Shown: in pieces, positions 9,185 through 18,811 of the stretch
Position numbering within the stretch: position 1 is the stretch's first letter
Layout of the letters: each line of letters begins with the position of its first letter
Source: an uncultured archaeon
GTDB taxonomy: Archaea > Asgardarchaeota > Lokiarchaeia > Sigyniarchaeales > SOKP01
Direction: 5' to 3'
Length of the DNA stretch: 25,588 nt
NCBI GenBank assembly: GCA_964525635.1
Contig: CAZGJX010000059.1
Coordinates: 1-25,588 of the forward strand
Translations under genes and position numbers: made by a program
The notes under the pieces: model-generated
Seen by the model: the letters and a program-made list of their open reading frames with translations, nothing else
What the model was told of the DNA's origin: nothing
Database searches by the model: none

Positions 9185-10648
9185 TTATCCCCAAAAGGGT
9201 TTCCAACTATTCCATACATCCCATTTACTAACATTTTTAAAGTTATATAATATTCCTTTTAACCTATATGGACTTTTTAAAGTCTTAAAAATTTGTCTAG
9301 ATATATAACTTGGTCGCTTCATAAATTTTCTATGAGTATCTCTCAGTCTCTGCATAATTTCACTCAGAGGAATGGTAAGAATGGCTGTACCTGTCTCCCA
9401 GCATTTCTCAGGATCTATTTTTTTCTCCTTAACCATTTGATCCCAAATCCAATTTCCCGGAATAATACCTAAAATATGAAATTGTGGAAAATCAATATCT
9501 AATTTAAGCGATAAATCTAAGGTTTGAATTATTTCTTCTCGGGTTTCAATTGGAGCACCTACTATAAAATTAGCTAAAATCATATCAATACCCACTTTTT
9601 TAGAACTTTTTATTGCATCATGAACTTGAGTTAAAGTAATCTTTTTATTATACCAATCTAAAATTCTTTGTGAGCCACTTTCAACTCCATAGCTTATAAT
9701 TTTACATCCCATATGTTTCATTGCAGTTAATAATTCTTTGGAACTTTGATTTACCCTTCCTTCTGCCATCCAATTTAAATTCAATCTTTCTCTTCTAACT
9801 AAATTAGATAATGTCATCAATCTTTTTTTACTAATTGTAAAATTATCATCCACCCAAAGTAGATTTTTATAACCCTGATCTTCAAGATAAGATAATTCTT
9901 CTATAATATTTTCTGGGGATCTTGGACGCCATTTATTCCAAAACATGGCACTTGAACAAAATGAACATTTGTATGCACATCCTCTTGATGAGGACAAAGT
10001 TGTGAATTTTCCAATACCAATATCAAGACCTTCAACTTCTTGTTTATATTCTACATTTCCCAACAATTTTCTATCAGGAAAGGGTAATTCATCAATATTC
10101 TCCATAAGAGGCCTATCATTATTTCTGATAACCTTACCATTATTTCGATAAGTAAGACCTCTAATATCTTCAAATCCTTGCTCTTTCTCTAGTTTTTCAG
10201 CAATTTCTAAAAGAGTTCGTTCACCTTCTCCTCTGATACAAGCGTCAATAAAGGGGTATTTATTTAAGATTCTGGTATCATTAAAAGTCGCATGATAATT
10301 CCCAAATAGCACCTTCATGTTTGGATTTATTTCTTGTTTTGCTCTTCTAGCCATTTCTGCAGATGTGATACCTGTTCCAGCAGTTGTAATTGTAGAAAAT
10401 CCAAGTATATCTGGATCTTCGCTTTTTATCCATTTTAAAGTATCTTCAATTGATGTACCTCTAGCAAATTGATCAAATATAGTTACATCATAATTATGTT
10501 CATTAAGGTACGTAGCTATATATAGAATTCCAATAGGAGGGAATCCATAAAATTCTATTTTTTCTTTATTATATCGTTCAGCTTCTTTTACGGTACCACA
10601 AAAAGTTCCTTTTCTTGGTGGTTTGGGAAATATTAAAGAGATTTTCAA
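9185..10648 (-). CDS. Cobalamin-binding radical SAM protein (class B methyltransferase-like)
   Basis: PPIGILYIA B12-binding N-terminus, RGEGE, SRGCAYKCSFC (CxxxCxxC), DDNF, GVESGSQRIL; TTG start. Confidence 0.93.
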   Translation of the reverse strand: MKISLIFPKPPRKGTFCGTVKEAERYNKEKIEFYGFPPIGILYIATYLNEHNYDVTIFDQFARGTSIEDTLKWIKSEDPDILGFSTITTAGTGITSAEMARRAKQEINPNMKVLFGNYHATFNDTRILNKYPFIDACIRGEGERTLLEIAEKLEKEQGFEDIRGLTYRNNGKVIRNNDRPLMENIDELPFPDRKLLGNVEYKQEVEGLDIGIGKFTTLSSSRGCAYKCSFCSSAMFWNKWRPRSPENIIEELSYLEDQGYKNLLWVDDNFTISKKRLMTLSNLVRRERLNLNWMAEGRVNQSSKELLTAMKHMGCKIISYGVESGSQRILDWYNKKITLTQVHDAIKSSKKVGIDMILANFIVGAPIETREEIIQTLDLSLKLDIDFPQFHILGIIPGNWIWDQMVKEKKIDPEKCWETGTAILTIPLSEIMQRLRDTHRKFMKRPSYISRQIFKTLKSPYRLKGILYNFKNVSKWDVWNSWKPFWG

Positions 10649-10975
10649 ATTTATCCTTATATTCTTTTTTATTTTATGTAATTTAATAGAATCTAATATA
10701 TTTTTTATAATTAAGGATGTTTCAATTATTATGTATTTTTAATTTTCTTTTCATTGTAAAATTTAAAAATTAAATTCTGTATAATAATTTAAAATCATAC
10801 TTATCATATTTTTAATACTTTTATTAAGTTTTTATTGCTTCACTTGTTATTTATCTAAAATATTATTTTAATCAAATAGCTATTTAAATAAATACAACTT
10901 TTAAGTCTTCTAACATTTGTTTTTACTACACTTAAATTGTATTTTTATTATTAAAAAAAATAAAGTTGAATTTGT

Positions 10976-12784
10976 ATGGTTATTGAAAAAACAGTTTTGG
11001 ATGAAACTGAAAAGAAAATTAGAGAAAAGACTATTGGTGATTTTGAACAAGAAGAATACGAAAAAGAACATAAAGAAGTCATCGAATGGAAAAAACCTCA
11101 TCAAGACTTGCTCTACAAAATCCTGAAGTATAACCCCATTGACCCTCTCAACGACCTTTACCATAAAATGATTGATTACTTTGGTTTCACTGAAAAAGAA
11201 AAAAAATTACAATGGTGGATTGCTAATGTTTGGGTAAAACAAGCAGCCCGTCTCATGTGGAGATTCGAAGCTACCTACGAAGATGGAGAAATGTTTCCAG
11301 AATACAGTGGGGGAATTGTCGTATCAAATCACGAGTCGCACTTAGATCCGTTTTAGCATTTTTATCATGAAACTCCTCAATACTATGAGGCTTCTGGCTA
11401 AGATTCTTAGCGATGGAACAATATCCTGCTTAATTTCTAAGCGGTAGAAAAGACTGGATGCGCTTGTGATAGTATAATTAACTATATGAGTAAGGATGAA
11501 AATTTTAAAACACCTATAGTCAAAACATTATTTAGAAACTTAAGTGCCTTCTCTCTGGGAGAGAGAGGAAATAAAGAGCAGGTAAAATTAGCATGGGAGA
11601 CTGCTAAAGAAAAAATAAAAGACGGAGAATGGATTGGACTTTTTCCAGAAGGAACTCGAAGTATGGATGGAGAACTTGGAGAATTTAAGACAGGCGCTGT
11701 TAGATTGGCGATTGAATGTGGCGCCCCAATTGTACCAATGGCGATTCTTGGCTCAAAAGATGCACTTCCAAAGGGTAATCTTATTGGTACTCCTGTTCAA
11801 GTAAGAGTGAGAGTAGGAAAAGCAATATATTATGATGAATATAAAGATAGACTAACACCGAAATTAGCCAAGAAACTTACTAATGAGTTAAGACAAAAAG
11901 TCACTGATTTACGTGATGGAAAAGGTAATTTTTCTAAAATAAAAAGAAGATTTGAGGAAAAATCAGAGCTTTCTATAGGTTCTCCAAAAGATTCCATAAA
12001 AGAAACAGAAAAGAAAAGAGATTTTAAATATTGGTTGAAATATTATCAACATTTTTTATTAATATCTATTGATGATGCATGGATTAGTTTTTTAAAAACT
12101 TTAGATATATTTGGATTACGCTGGGATTTTCAAGAATTAGCTTGGCGTTTTAACCATGCGATTGTTGATTTCCTTACAAGTAATTTCTTTCCATATAAAT
12201 CAATTGGATATGAAAATGTTCCTGATAATGGAGCCGCAATCATATGTTCAAACCATAATTCTGAGTGGGATGTTATACTTAATGCTAAATGTGTTATAAA
12301 AGATAAGAATCGAATTTTATGGCAAATGGCAAAACAACAATTATTCCAAATTCCTATTGTTAATTCATGGATTAGAACGCATAATGCATTTCCATTAAAG
12401 AGAGGTGAGGGTGATAATGAATGCTATAAATATGCAAGGGAATTGCTTGATAAAGGAATTTTACTGATGATCTATCCAGAAGGATCCACATCTAATGGTG
12501 GTGGAGAAGTTCTTGAAGGTCATACAGGAGCGGTTCGTTTAGCTATTGAAGCAAAAGTTCCAATAATACCTGTTGGAATTACTGGTACTGAAAATACTTT
12601 TCCTAAACATGCAAAAACATTATATTGTGGTCATGGTTCAACCCTTAAAGCAGGAGAACCTTTTATGGAACATGCTCAATATTTTGATCAACCAATTCCA
12701 GATTATAAAGAACTGAAAAGATTAACTAGCAGATTAATGGATCGAATAAGAGATCTATTGGTATATAACAAACCTAATGCTTAG
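10976..12784 (+). CDS. Two-domain PlsC-like (lysophospholipid) acyltransferase interrupted by a 96-99 nt insertion
   Basis: ORF 10976-11356 ends at SNHESHLDPF. The same frame resumes at 11453 with TGCACDSIINYMSK...FPEGTRS. A second complete domain follows (SNHNSEWD...YPEGS). Intact-after-splicing versus pseudogene or split gene is unresolved. Confidence 0.85.
11354..11452. mobile_element. Small structured insertion (MITE/omegaRNA-like or intron-like element)
   Basis: Four in-frame stops (11354, 11399, 11408, 11438) and four hairpins: CCTCA/TGAGG 11375-11390, GCTAAG/CTTAGC 11397-11411, GGA/TCC 11415-11426, GCTTA/TAAGC 11428-11442. The flanks rejoin into a canonical PlsC block. Confidence 0.75.
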
Positions 12785-12811
12785 GTTATATGATTATAGG
12801 AGAATTAATAA

Positions 12812-13876
12812 ATGACTTCTGAAAAATCAGAGGCTGATAACAAAATAAAAGTTGGAATTCCAAGAGCACTTCATTTTTATAGATATTTTCCTTTTTGGAA
12901 AAAAATCTTAGAAGAATTGGATGTTGAAATCGTATTGAGCCCTCCAACAAACAAGAAGATAGTAGAAATTGGTGTACAACATGGTTTTGGAGAACTTTGC
13001 ATTCCAATCAAAATTTATTATGGTCATGTGATGCATTTAATTGACAATTATCCTGAATTGGATTATATATTCGTACCTAGATATATTGCAGAAGTCAAGG
13101 AAGCTTTTTTTTGTCCTAAATTTTTATCTTTACCAGATGTAATTAAAATCATACCAAATGTCCCTAAAATATTAAATTTTGAAGTAAACGTTAAAGAATT
13201 CCCAATTTCTTATTCCGCGATAGAACTTGGTAAACAATTAGGAAAAAGCCAAACTAAATCTTTAGAAGCATATAAAAATGCTAAGGATTATTATCATAAA
13301 TATTTAGATTTTCTTCGACAAGGATCTTCAGTTAATCATGCATTACGTCTCGTAAGAAGAGACCTTCCATTTAAACTCCCAAAGCAACAACCTAAACAAC
13401 AAATAAGATTTCTATTACTTGGTCATGGATACAATCTGTTTGATACTTTTATTAATTTAGACTTCGAAAAGAAATTAAAAGAGCGAGATGTAGAAGTCCT
13501 AACTATCGAAAATATGCCTGAATCAGTTTTTAAAGTTCCTGTGATCGTTAATAGGAAGTTGAGAAATTATTGGCGACATGAGGAAGAAATAATGCAAGCT
13601 ATTCGTTACTTTTTAACTAAAGGAAGAGATGAAATTGATGGAGTTATATTTCTAATAAGTTTTGCTTGTGGACCAGATAGTTTAATTTCTGAATTAATCA
13701 TGAGAGATATGAAAGTTGTTAAATTACCATACCTTGCAATAATAATGGATGAGCATTCTGGAGAGGCTGGTATGTTAACTCGAATAGAAAGTTTTGTCGA
13801 AATGATTAAAAGAAAAAAAAGAAAAATAGAAATGGAATCTAAACAAAATTTAATAAAAGTTAAAGAAATAATTTAG
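12812..13876 (+). CDS. Acyl-CoA dehydratase activase-related protein (DUF2229)
   Basis: KVGIPRAL, ELCIPIKIYYGHV, FCPKF, SFACGPDS, DEHSGEAGMLTRIESF; starts 27 nt after the acyltransferase. Confidence 0.88.
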   Translation: MTSEKSEADNKIKVGIPRALHFYRYFPFWKKILEELDVEIVLSPPTNKKIVEIGVQHGFGELCIPIKIYYGHVMHLIDNYPELDYIFVPRYIAEVKEAFFCPKFLSLPDVIKIIPNVPKILNFEVNVKEFPISYSAIELGKQLGKSQTKSLEAYKNAKDYYHKYLDFLRQGSSVNHALRLVRRDLPFKLPKQQPKQQIRFLLLGHGYNLFDTFINLDFEKKLKERDVEVLTIENMPESVFKVPVIVNRKLRNYWRHEEEIMQAIRYFLTKGRDEIDGVIFLISFACGPDSLISELIMRDMKVVKLPYLAIIMDEHSGEAGMLTRIESFVEMIKRKKRKIEMESKQNLIKVKEII

Positions 13877-14044
13877 CTTATAATAGTTCCTTTTTAACAT
13901 ATAGAAAATTAATCTAAATCTTATTTTATTTAATTATCTTTTCTAATTATATAAACCTTATCTATTTATATATAGTCCCTTATTAATTCTTAATAATCAT
14001 TTTTCAGAAAGATATATTTATAAATTGTAATTAAGAGTGAAAAA

Positions 14045-15737
14045 ATGAAAAAAGATAAAAAACCTCAAATTAATCTTCTTATATTTTTACTCATTGGTAT
14101 TGTTTTAATTTTAGTTCCTTTTCTGAGATTTTCAAAAATAAGCCATATGGGATTAATGAATAAGGACTATAATAGAGGAGAAAATAAACTTAACATTTCA
14201 GAAGATTCAATTATTTTAGGTTCAGAAAATATACCTCATACATATTCCACCTATTTTGGAGATAGTGGATATGATTAAGGATATTCAATTGCTGTAGATT
14301 CAACTGGATGTGTATATATAGCGAGTATAGCAGGTAGCCCCGATTTTCCAACTACATCAGGAGCATTAAATGAATCTTACTTTGATTCTGGACCTTATTT
14401 TGTCAGTAAAATTAGTGCAGATGGAAGAAAACTTATTTATTCCACATTTATCGAAGGATAGAGAACTGAAACAGGTTTTCCAATACCTCTTGCTGTGGAT
14501 TCTCAAGGGTGTGTTTATTTAGCAGGAATTATTGATTTCTTATCCTATGGAAATTTTCATACTACTTCAGGAGCAATGAATGAAACTTATAATGGAGGAT
14601 GGAGTGATGCCTGCGTATTAAAGTTAAGTGCTGATGGATCTTCACTAGTTTATTCTACTTTTCTTGGAGGTTGAGATATTAATGAAGTAAGTGCTATTGA
14701 TCTAGATTCACAAGGAAGCGTATATATAACGGGTATGACATATTGGATAAATAGTTCTAATCCTCTGAATTACGATTCTTTATCCGCAGATTTCCCAACA
14801 ACACCAGGATCTTTGAATGAAACTTACAATGATATTGATAATGAATATTCAGAAAATTATGTCTATAAATTAAATCCTGATGGATCTTCTCTTGAATATT
14901 CAACACTCTTTGGTGGAACAGGTGATGAATATGGACTAACAATATCAGTGGATTTAAATAACAATATGTATGTAACAGGACGTACATCTTCCTTAGATTT
15001 TCCCACTACTTCAGGAGTATTGAACGGAACATTGAACACAAGTGATGGTGATTTTGCATATAAAATAAGTGCAGATGGGTCTTCATTAATCTATTCTACC
15101 TATATTAATGAACATATTGATGCAAGTATCGATTCAGAGGGAAATTTATATCTTCTTGAATCTAAATATAATACTACTATTAATCCACCTTATAATGATT
15201 ATGATATTTGTGTATCAAAACTCAATAATGATGGGTCCACTTATCTACTCCACATTATTTGGTGGAATGGATTATGATGAACCTTTTTCAATAGACGTTG
15301 ACTCTCAAGGTAATACATATATAACAGGATCCACTGAAACAACAGATTTTCCCATAACTCCTAATGCCCTTATGAATGTTCATGATAATATCACAAAAGC
15401 ATTTTTAACAAAATTAAATGATAATGGAACTACACTTCTTTATTCTACATATCTCGGAGGTGACGAATCCACAATAGGTCTCTCGATCACTATGGATACT
15501 AAAGATAATATTTATATTTTAGGTGCTACAATCGCATCAGATTTTCCTACTACTCAAGGAACCTTATATGAATCCCCTATTGGTGGTGTTGATATGTTTA
15601 TTAGTAAGATTGGAACAAAAATTACACAAAAAGAGGGTATACCTGGATTTATAATTCCACATTTGATTTTAATTTCTTTGGTATCTTTTGTAGCATTTGT
15701 ATTATATTTTAAAAAGAAAATAAATATTTACAGTTAA
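14045..15737 (+). pseudogene. SBBP (beta-propeller) repeat surface protein, disrupted
   Basis: N-terminal hydrophobic segment, repeated YSTxxGG / AVDSxGxVY / DFPTTxGA units, and a C-terminal IPGF + TM anchor. In-frame stops TAA 14276, TAG 14459, TGA 14672, plus a frameshift near 15239. Confidence 0.88.
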
Positions 15738-16041
15738 AATTATAAATTCCTTGCATTATAATAATTAATTTTAATTTTCTTTTTTTTTCAAATAACCAAT
15801 TTTCGCTTATAGCTATTCTTTAAATTTTATTCTTTATATGAAATAATACTTTCAATAATTTTATCATTTTGACAGTATTTTTATGTAACATAGTTTTATT
15901 TAATTAAAATAATATTTATATAAATCATATCATTTTTTTCAAAAATAAGCTAAATACGTTAAAAATTTTACATATAAATCACTTTGATACTAAATATCTT
16001 TTTACACTCTAAATATAAAATAATAAAGGTTTATCATAAAA

Positions 16042-17220
16042 ATGCGCGTTACTTTCCCTAGAATGGGAACCTCATGGATTGCTTTTAAGGCTTTAATCGA
16101 AAATCTCGGTGTAGAGGTTATTGTTCCTGAGCCTGTTAATAGAGAATTAATTAAGTTTGGCGTAAAACATAGTCCTGAATTTGTATGTTTCCCATTTAAA
16201 CCAACTTTAGCAGAATTGAAAAGTGCTCTGGACAAAGGCGCAGATACCATCATAATGGCTATTGATTGTGGTCCATGTAGATTTGGATTTTATGCAAGTG
16301 TACAAGAAAGGATATTACGAGACGTAGGATATAAAGATTTTCGTCTTGTTCCTCTTGATCAAGGAGATTTATTGGATTTTCAATGGGTTAAAACACTTTT
16401 TAAAGTATCCCCTAAACATAATCTCCAACTTTATCCTAAGTTTGTAAAATCAATTGTCTATTTCTTAAAAAAAACTAAATATCTCGAAGATATTCATACT
16501 GCTGAAGGAATTTTTAGAGCATATGAAAGAAATAAAGGAGATACCACCAAAATAGTTAATGATTTATTGATAAAACTTGATGAAACAAATACAATAAAAG
16601 GTCTTAGGAACTTTAGATCTGTCATTAAAGAAGATTTTGGTAGACTTGATATTGATAAATCTCTTAATCCATTAAAGATTGGAATTGCTGGAGAAATTTA
16701 TATAACTTTAGAACCATACGTTAATCTTGACATAAGAAGGAAATTGGGTGAAATGGGAGTTGAAATATATCAGTGTTTAAGTTTATGGGATTGGATAATT
16801 CATAAACTTCATTTAAATTATCATAGAAAGTGGTTAGAGCATCTTGCTGAACCATATATGCCTCTTGATATAGGCGGAGAGTGTGTTTGGGTGCTTGGTC
16901 AATATATCGACAATGCTAAAGCAGGATTTGATGGTTTTGTTCATCAATATCCCTTTACCTGTATGCCAGAGGTCACTGCCCGCACCATTATTACTAACAA
17001 GCTTAAGAAAGTATATGATTTACCAGTTATTTTCTTTTCATTTGACGAGCAAAGTGGTATGGAGGGCTTTCGCACACGCTTGGAAGCATTTGTAGATTTA
17101 ATGGAAGGAAGAAGGGAACAAAAGAATAAGATAAAAACAACAAATTTTGTTCCTAATTCAAATGGCAGGTATGGTAATCATTTTTATCAAGAGTGTTTAA
17201 AGTTAATTCAGAATAGTTAG
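16042..17220 (+). CDS. 2-hydroxyacyl-CoA dehydratase / CoA-activase-associated subunit
   Basis: VTFPRMG, SPEFVCFPFK, GPCRFGFY, IGIAGEIY, PFTCMPE, DEQSGMEGFRTRLEAFVD. Confidence 0.87.
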   Translation: MRVTFPRMGTSWIAFKALIENLGVEVIVPEPVNRELIKFGVKHSPEFVCFPFKPTLAELKSALDKGADTIIMAIDCGPCRFGFYASVQERILRDVGYKDFRLVPLDQGDLLDFQWVKTLFKVSPKHNLQLYPKFVKSIVYFLKKTKYLEDIHTAEGIFRAYERNKGDTTKIVNDLLIKLDETNTIKGLRNFRSVIKEDFGRLDIDKSLNPLKIGIAGEIYITLEPYVNLDIRRKLGEMGVEIYQCLSLWDWIIHKLHLNYHRKWLEHLAEPYMPLDIGGECVWVLGQYIDNAKAGFDGFVHQYPFTCMPEVTARTIITNKLKKVYDLPVIFFSFDEQSGMEGFRTRLEAFVDLMEGRREQKNKIKTTNFVPNSNGRYGNHFYQECLKLIQNS

Positions 17221-17436
17221 AGCTTTAAATCCATTATAAGAGAATAGAATTTAATTTGTGATTTTTTGAATTTATCTTCAATCGTTTTTTAAGTTTCAAA
17301 TGAAGTTGGATATATTTTATTCTTTCTTTTCTAATTTATTTATTCAATTCTTACCTGATGATCTGAAAAATAATATAAATAAAATCCACTATCTTATTTT
17401 AGAAAAACAAGAATAAAGAGAATTAAATAAAAATTA

Positions 17437-17510
17437 AATTCATTAAATTTTCATTCAATCTTTCCTTTTAAATCGATATTTTTTTTATAGGTATTGATGG
17501 TATTTGACTC
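17437..17510 (+). repeat. ~74-bp dispersed direct repeat, copy A
   Basis: AATTCATTAAATTTTCATTCAATC...ATAGGTATTGATGGTATTTGACTC aligns with 20021-20093 with one gap. Confidence 0.8.
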
Positions 17511-17788
17511 AGGATTAAAGGAGTAAGAGAAGAAAAATAGTGTCCCTATCATTCCTCTTGAAGATGAGACACTAAATAAGCTTCTACTCAGTGGATTTCG
17601 ATTAGATCTACTTTATTTAGTCTATGGAGATAAGCAAATTACGATTGAAGATATACAACAAAATAGGTATAGAATCATTTTCTTTAAATAAAATGATTTC
17701 TAATTATCTAAAAAAATAAGATTTTTAATCTTAAAAATAATAAGATCAATAATCTCTTCCTATTAAATAATAAGAAGGAATAAAAGAA

Positions 17789-18325
17789 ATGAAGTCATAT
17801 AAGTCCATACTTTTAATAATAACCATTTCATTAATTCCTTTATTATTAACAGCAACAATTCCTTGGGGTATAAATACACGATTGGAATTGGATGAAACAG
17901 AATTTGGAGACACAATTGGATATTTTCCAATATGCTATTATGTAATATCTTTGGAGCAAGGTTCTTATTATACAATAAGACTAATTGATTCTGATGAGTA
18001 TGATTATGTTATAAGAATAGGGGATACACCATATATGATCCCTGGAAAAAGAATCGATACAAATGGAAATGGATCAACTTGTGAGATAACGTTCTTTCAG
18101 GCATCAAGAACAGGAGATCATTATATTCAGGTAATAAATAAATATAGAGCTTTTGGTTCTTTTGAATTAAGAATTGAGTCAGGGATTACTGGGACTCCAA
18201 TAGGACAACTTGAAGATTTCATTAGTATACCATATCTTTTAGTCTTGTTATTACCTAGTTCAATTCTTTTCTTGATTGGATTATGTATCTTTTTAGTGAA
18301 GAGAAAGAGTAAAAATAATGAATAA
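17789..18325 (+). CDS. Hypothetical membrane protein (N- and C-terminal TM, small extracellular beta domain, possibly PPC-like)
   Basis: Hydrophobic termini; GSYYTIRL...TGDHYIQV...GSFELRIE pattern. Confidence 0.8.
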   Translation: MKSYKSILLIITISLIPLLLTATIPWGINTRLELDETEFGDTIGYFPICYYVISLEQGSYYTIRLIDSDEYDYVIRIGDTPYMIPGKRIDTNGNGSTCEITFFQASRTGDHYIQVINKYRAFGSFELRIESGITGTPIGQLEDFISIPYLLVLLLPSSILFLIGLCIFLVKRKSKNNE

Positions 18326-18370
18326 AATTGGTTTTTCAAAGAAAAAACACAACTAAAGAAAAACCAATTT
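18325..18370. terminator. Inverted repeat between convergent genes (probable bidirectional terminator)
   Basis: Perfect 13-bp arms AAATTGGTTTTTC (18325-18337) and GAAAAACCAATTT (18358-18370), each touching one of the two stop codons. Confidence 0.6.
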
Positions 18371-18542
18371 AATAGAGATCGTGATATTTCTCTCTTAAAT
18401 GACTCTTCTTTAGCTGATACTCAGAACATACTTTATAGCAGGGAAAATTGCAAATTACTTCTGTCTGGGGAAGAATACAACTCTGCGAAAATGGGCAAAA
18501 TAAAATATGCTCGGTCAAAAAACTATCTTTTTCAATACTCAT
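18369..18542 (-). CDS. Small Cys-rich protein, 57 aa (absent from the ORF track)
   Basis: MSIEKDSFLTEHILFCPFSQSCILPQTEVICNFPCYKVCSEYQLKKSHLREKYHDLY*; ATG start, stop at the hairpin, less AT-rich than its flanks. Confidence 0.75.
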   Translation of the reverse strand: MSIEKDSFLTEHILFCPFSQSCILPQTEVICNFPCYKVCSEYQLKKSHLREKYHDLY

Positions 18543-18811
18543 AATATATGATAAATCTTGTTTTATTTAAATAAAAAATGGAGATCTAAATATTTAATAT
18601 GGGTTAGTCTTTAGAATTTATGATTTTTTTATAAAAGCATTACTCATATCGATTTTTGCTTTAAATAATTATAATAAAAGAAAAAAAAATTGATCATAAA
18701 AATTATTTTAAAATTGGATTTTATAAAGAAAAAAAAGGTAAAATCTAAAGTAAAGATAATTTTTCAAGTGTAATTGCATTAAAATCAAGTATAATGCTAA
18801 CTATAATTATT

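Noticed and set aside
11350-11452. Spliceosomal-type GT-AG intron
   Set aside because: GT 11350 with AG 11447 or 11452 removes 98 or 103 nt; neither restores the frame.
11351-11452. T4 gene 60-like ribosomal bypass, or Pyl/Sec readthrough
   Set aside because: The in-frame Phe codons are each followed by further stops (TTC 11435 directly by TAA), the insert contains TAA stops, and several normal genes here end in TAG.
11346-11459. Canonical bulge-helix-bulge intron
   Set aside because: A partial motif can be drawn (TTTT/AAAA helix, GAC bulge), but canonical cleavage positions leave TAG and shift the frame, and the inner helix does not close.
14276-14674. Stop-codon reassignment in the SBBP gene
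   Set aside because: All three stop types occur and there is also a frameshift, which fits decay or sequence error rather than recoding.
18371-18544. Plus-strand fragments resembling TnpB (DRDI) and an IS607 HTH (TLRKWA, GKIK)
   Set aside because: The motifs are in different frames and are better explained as the antisense of a clean minus-strand Cys-rich ORF.
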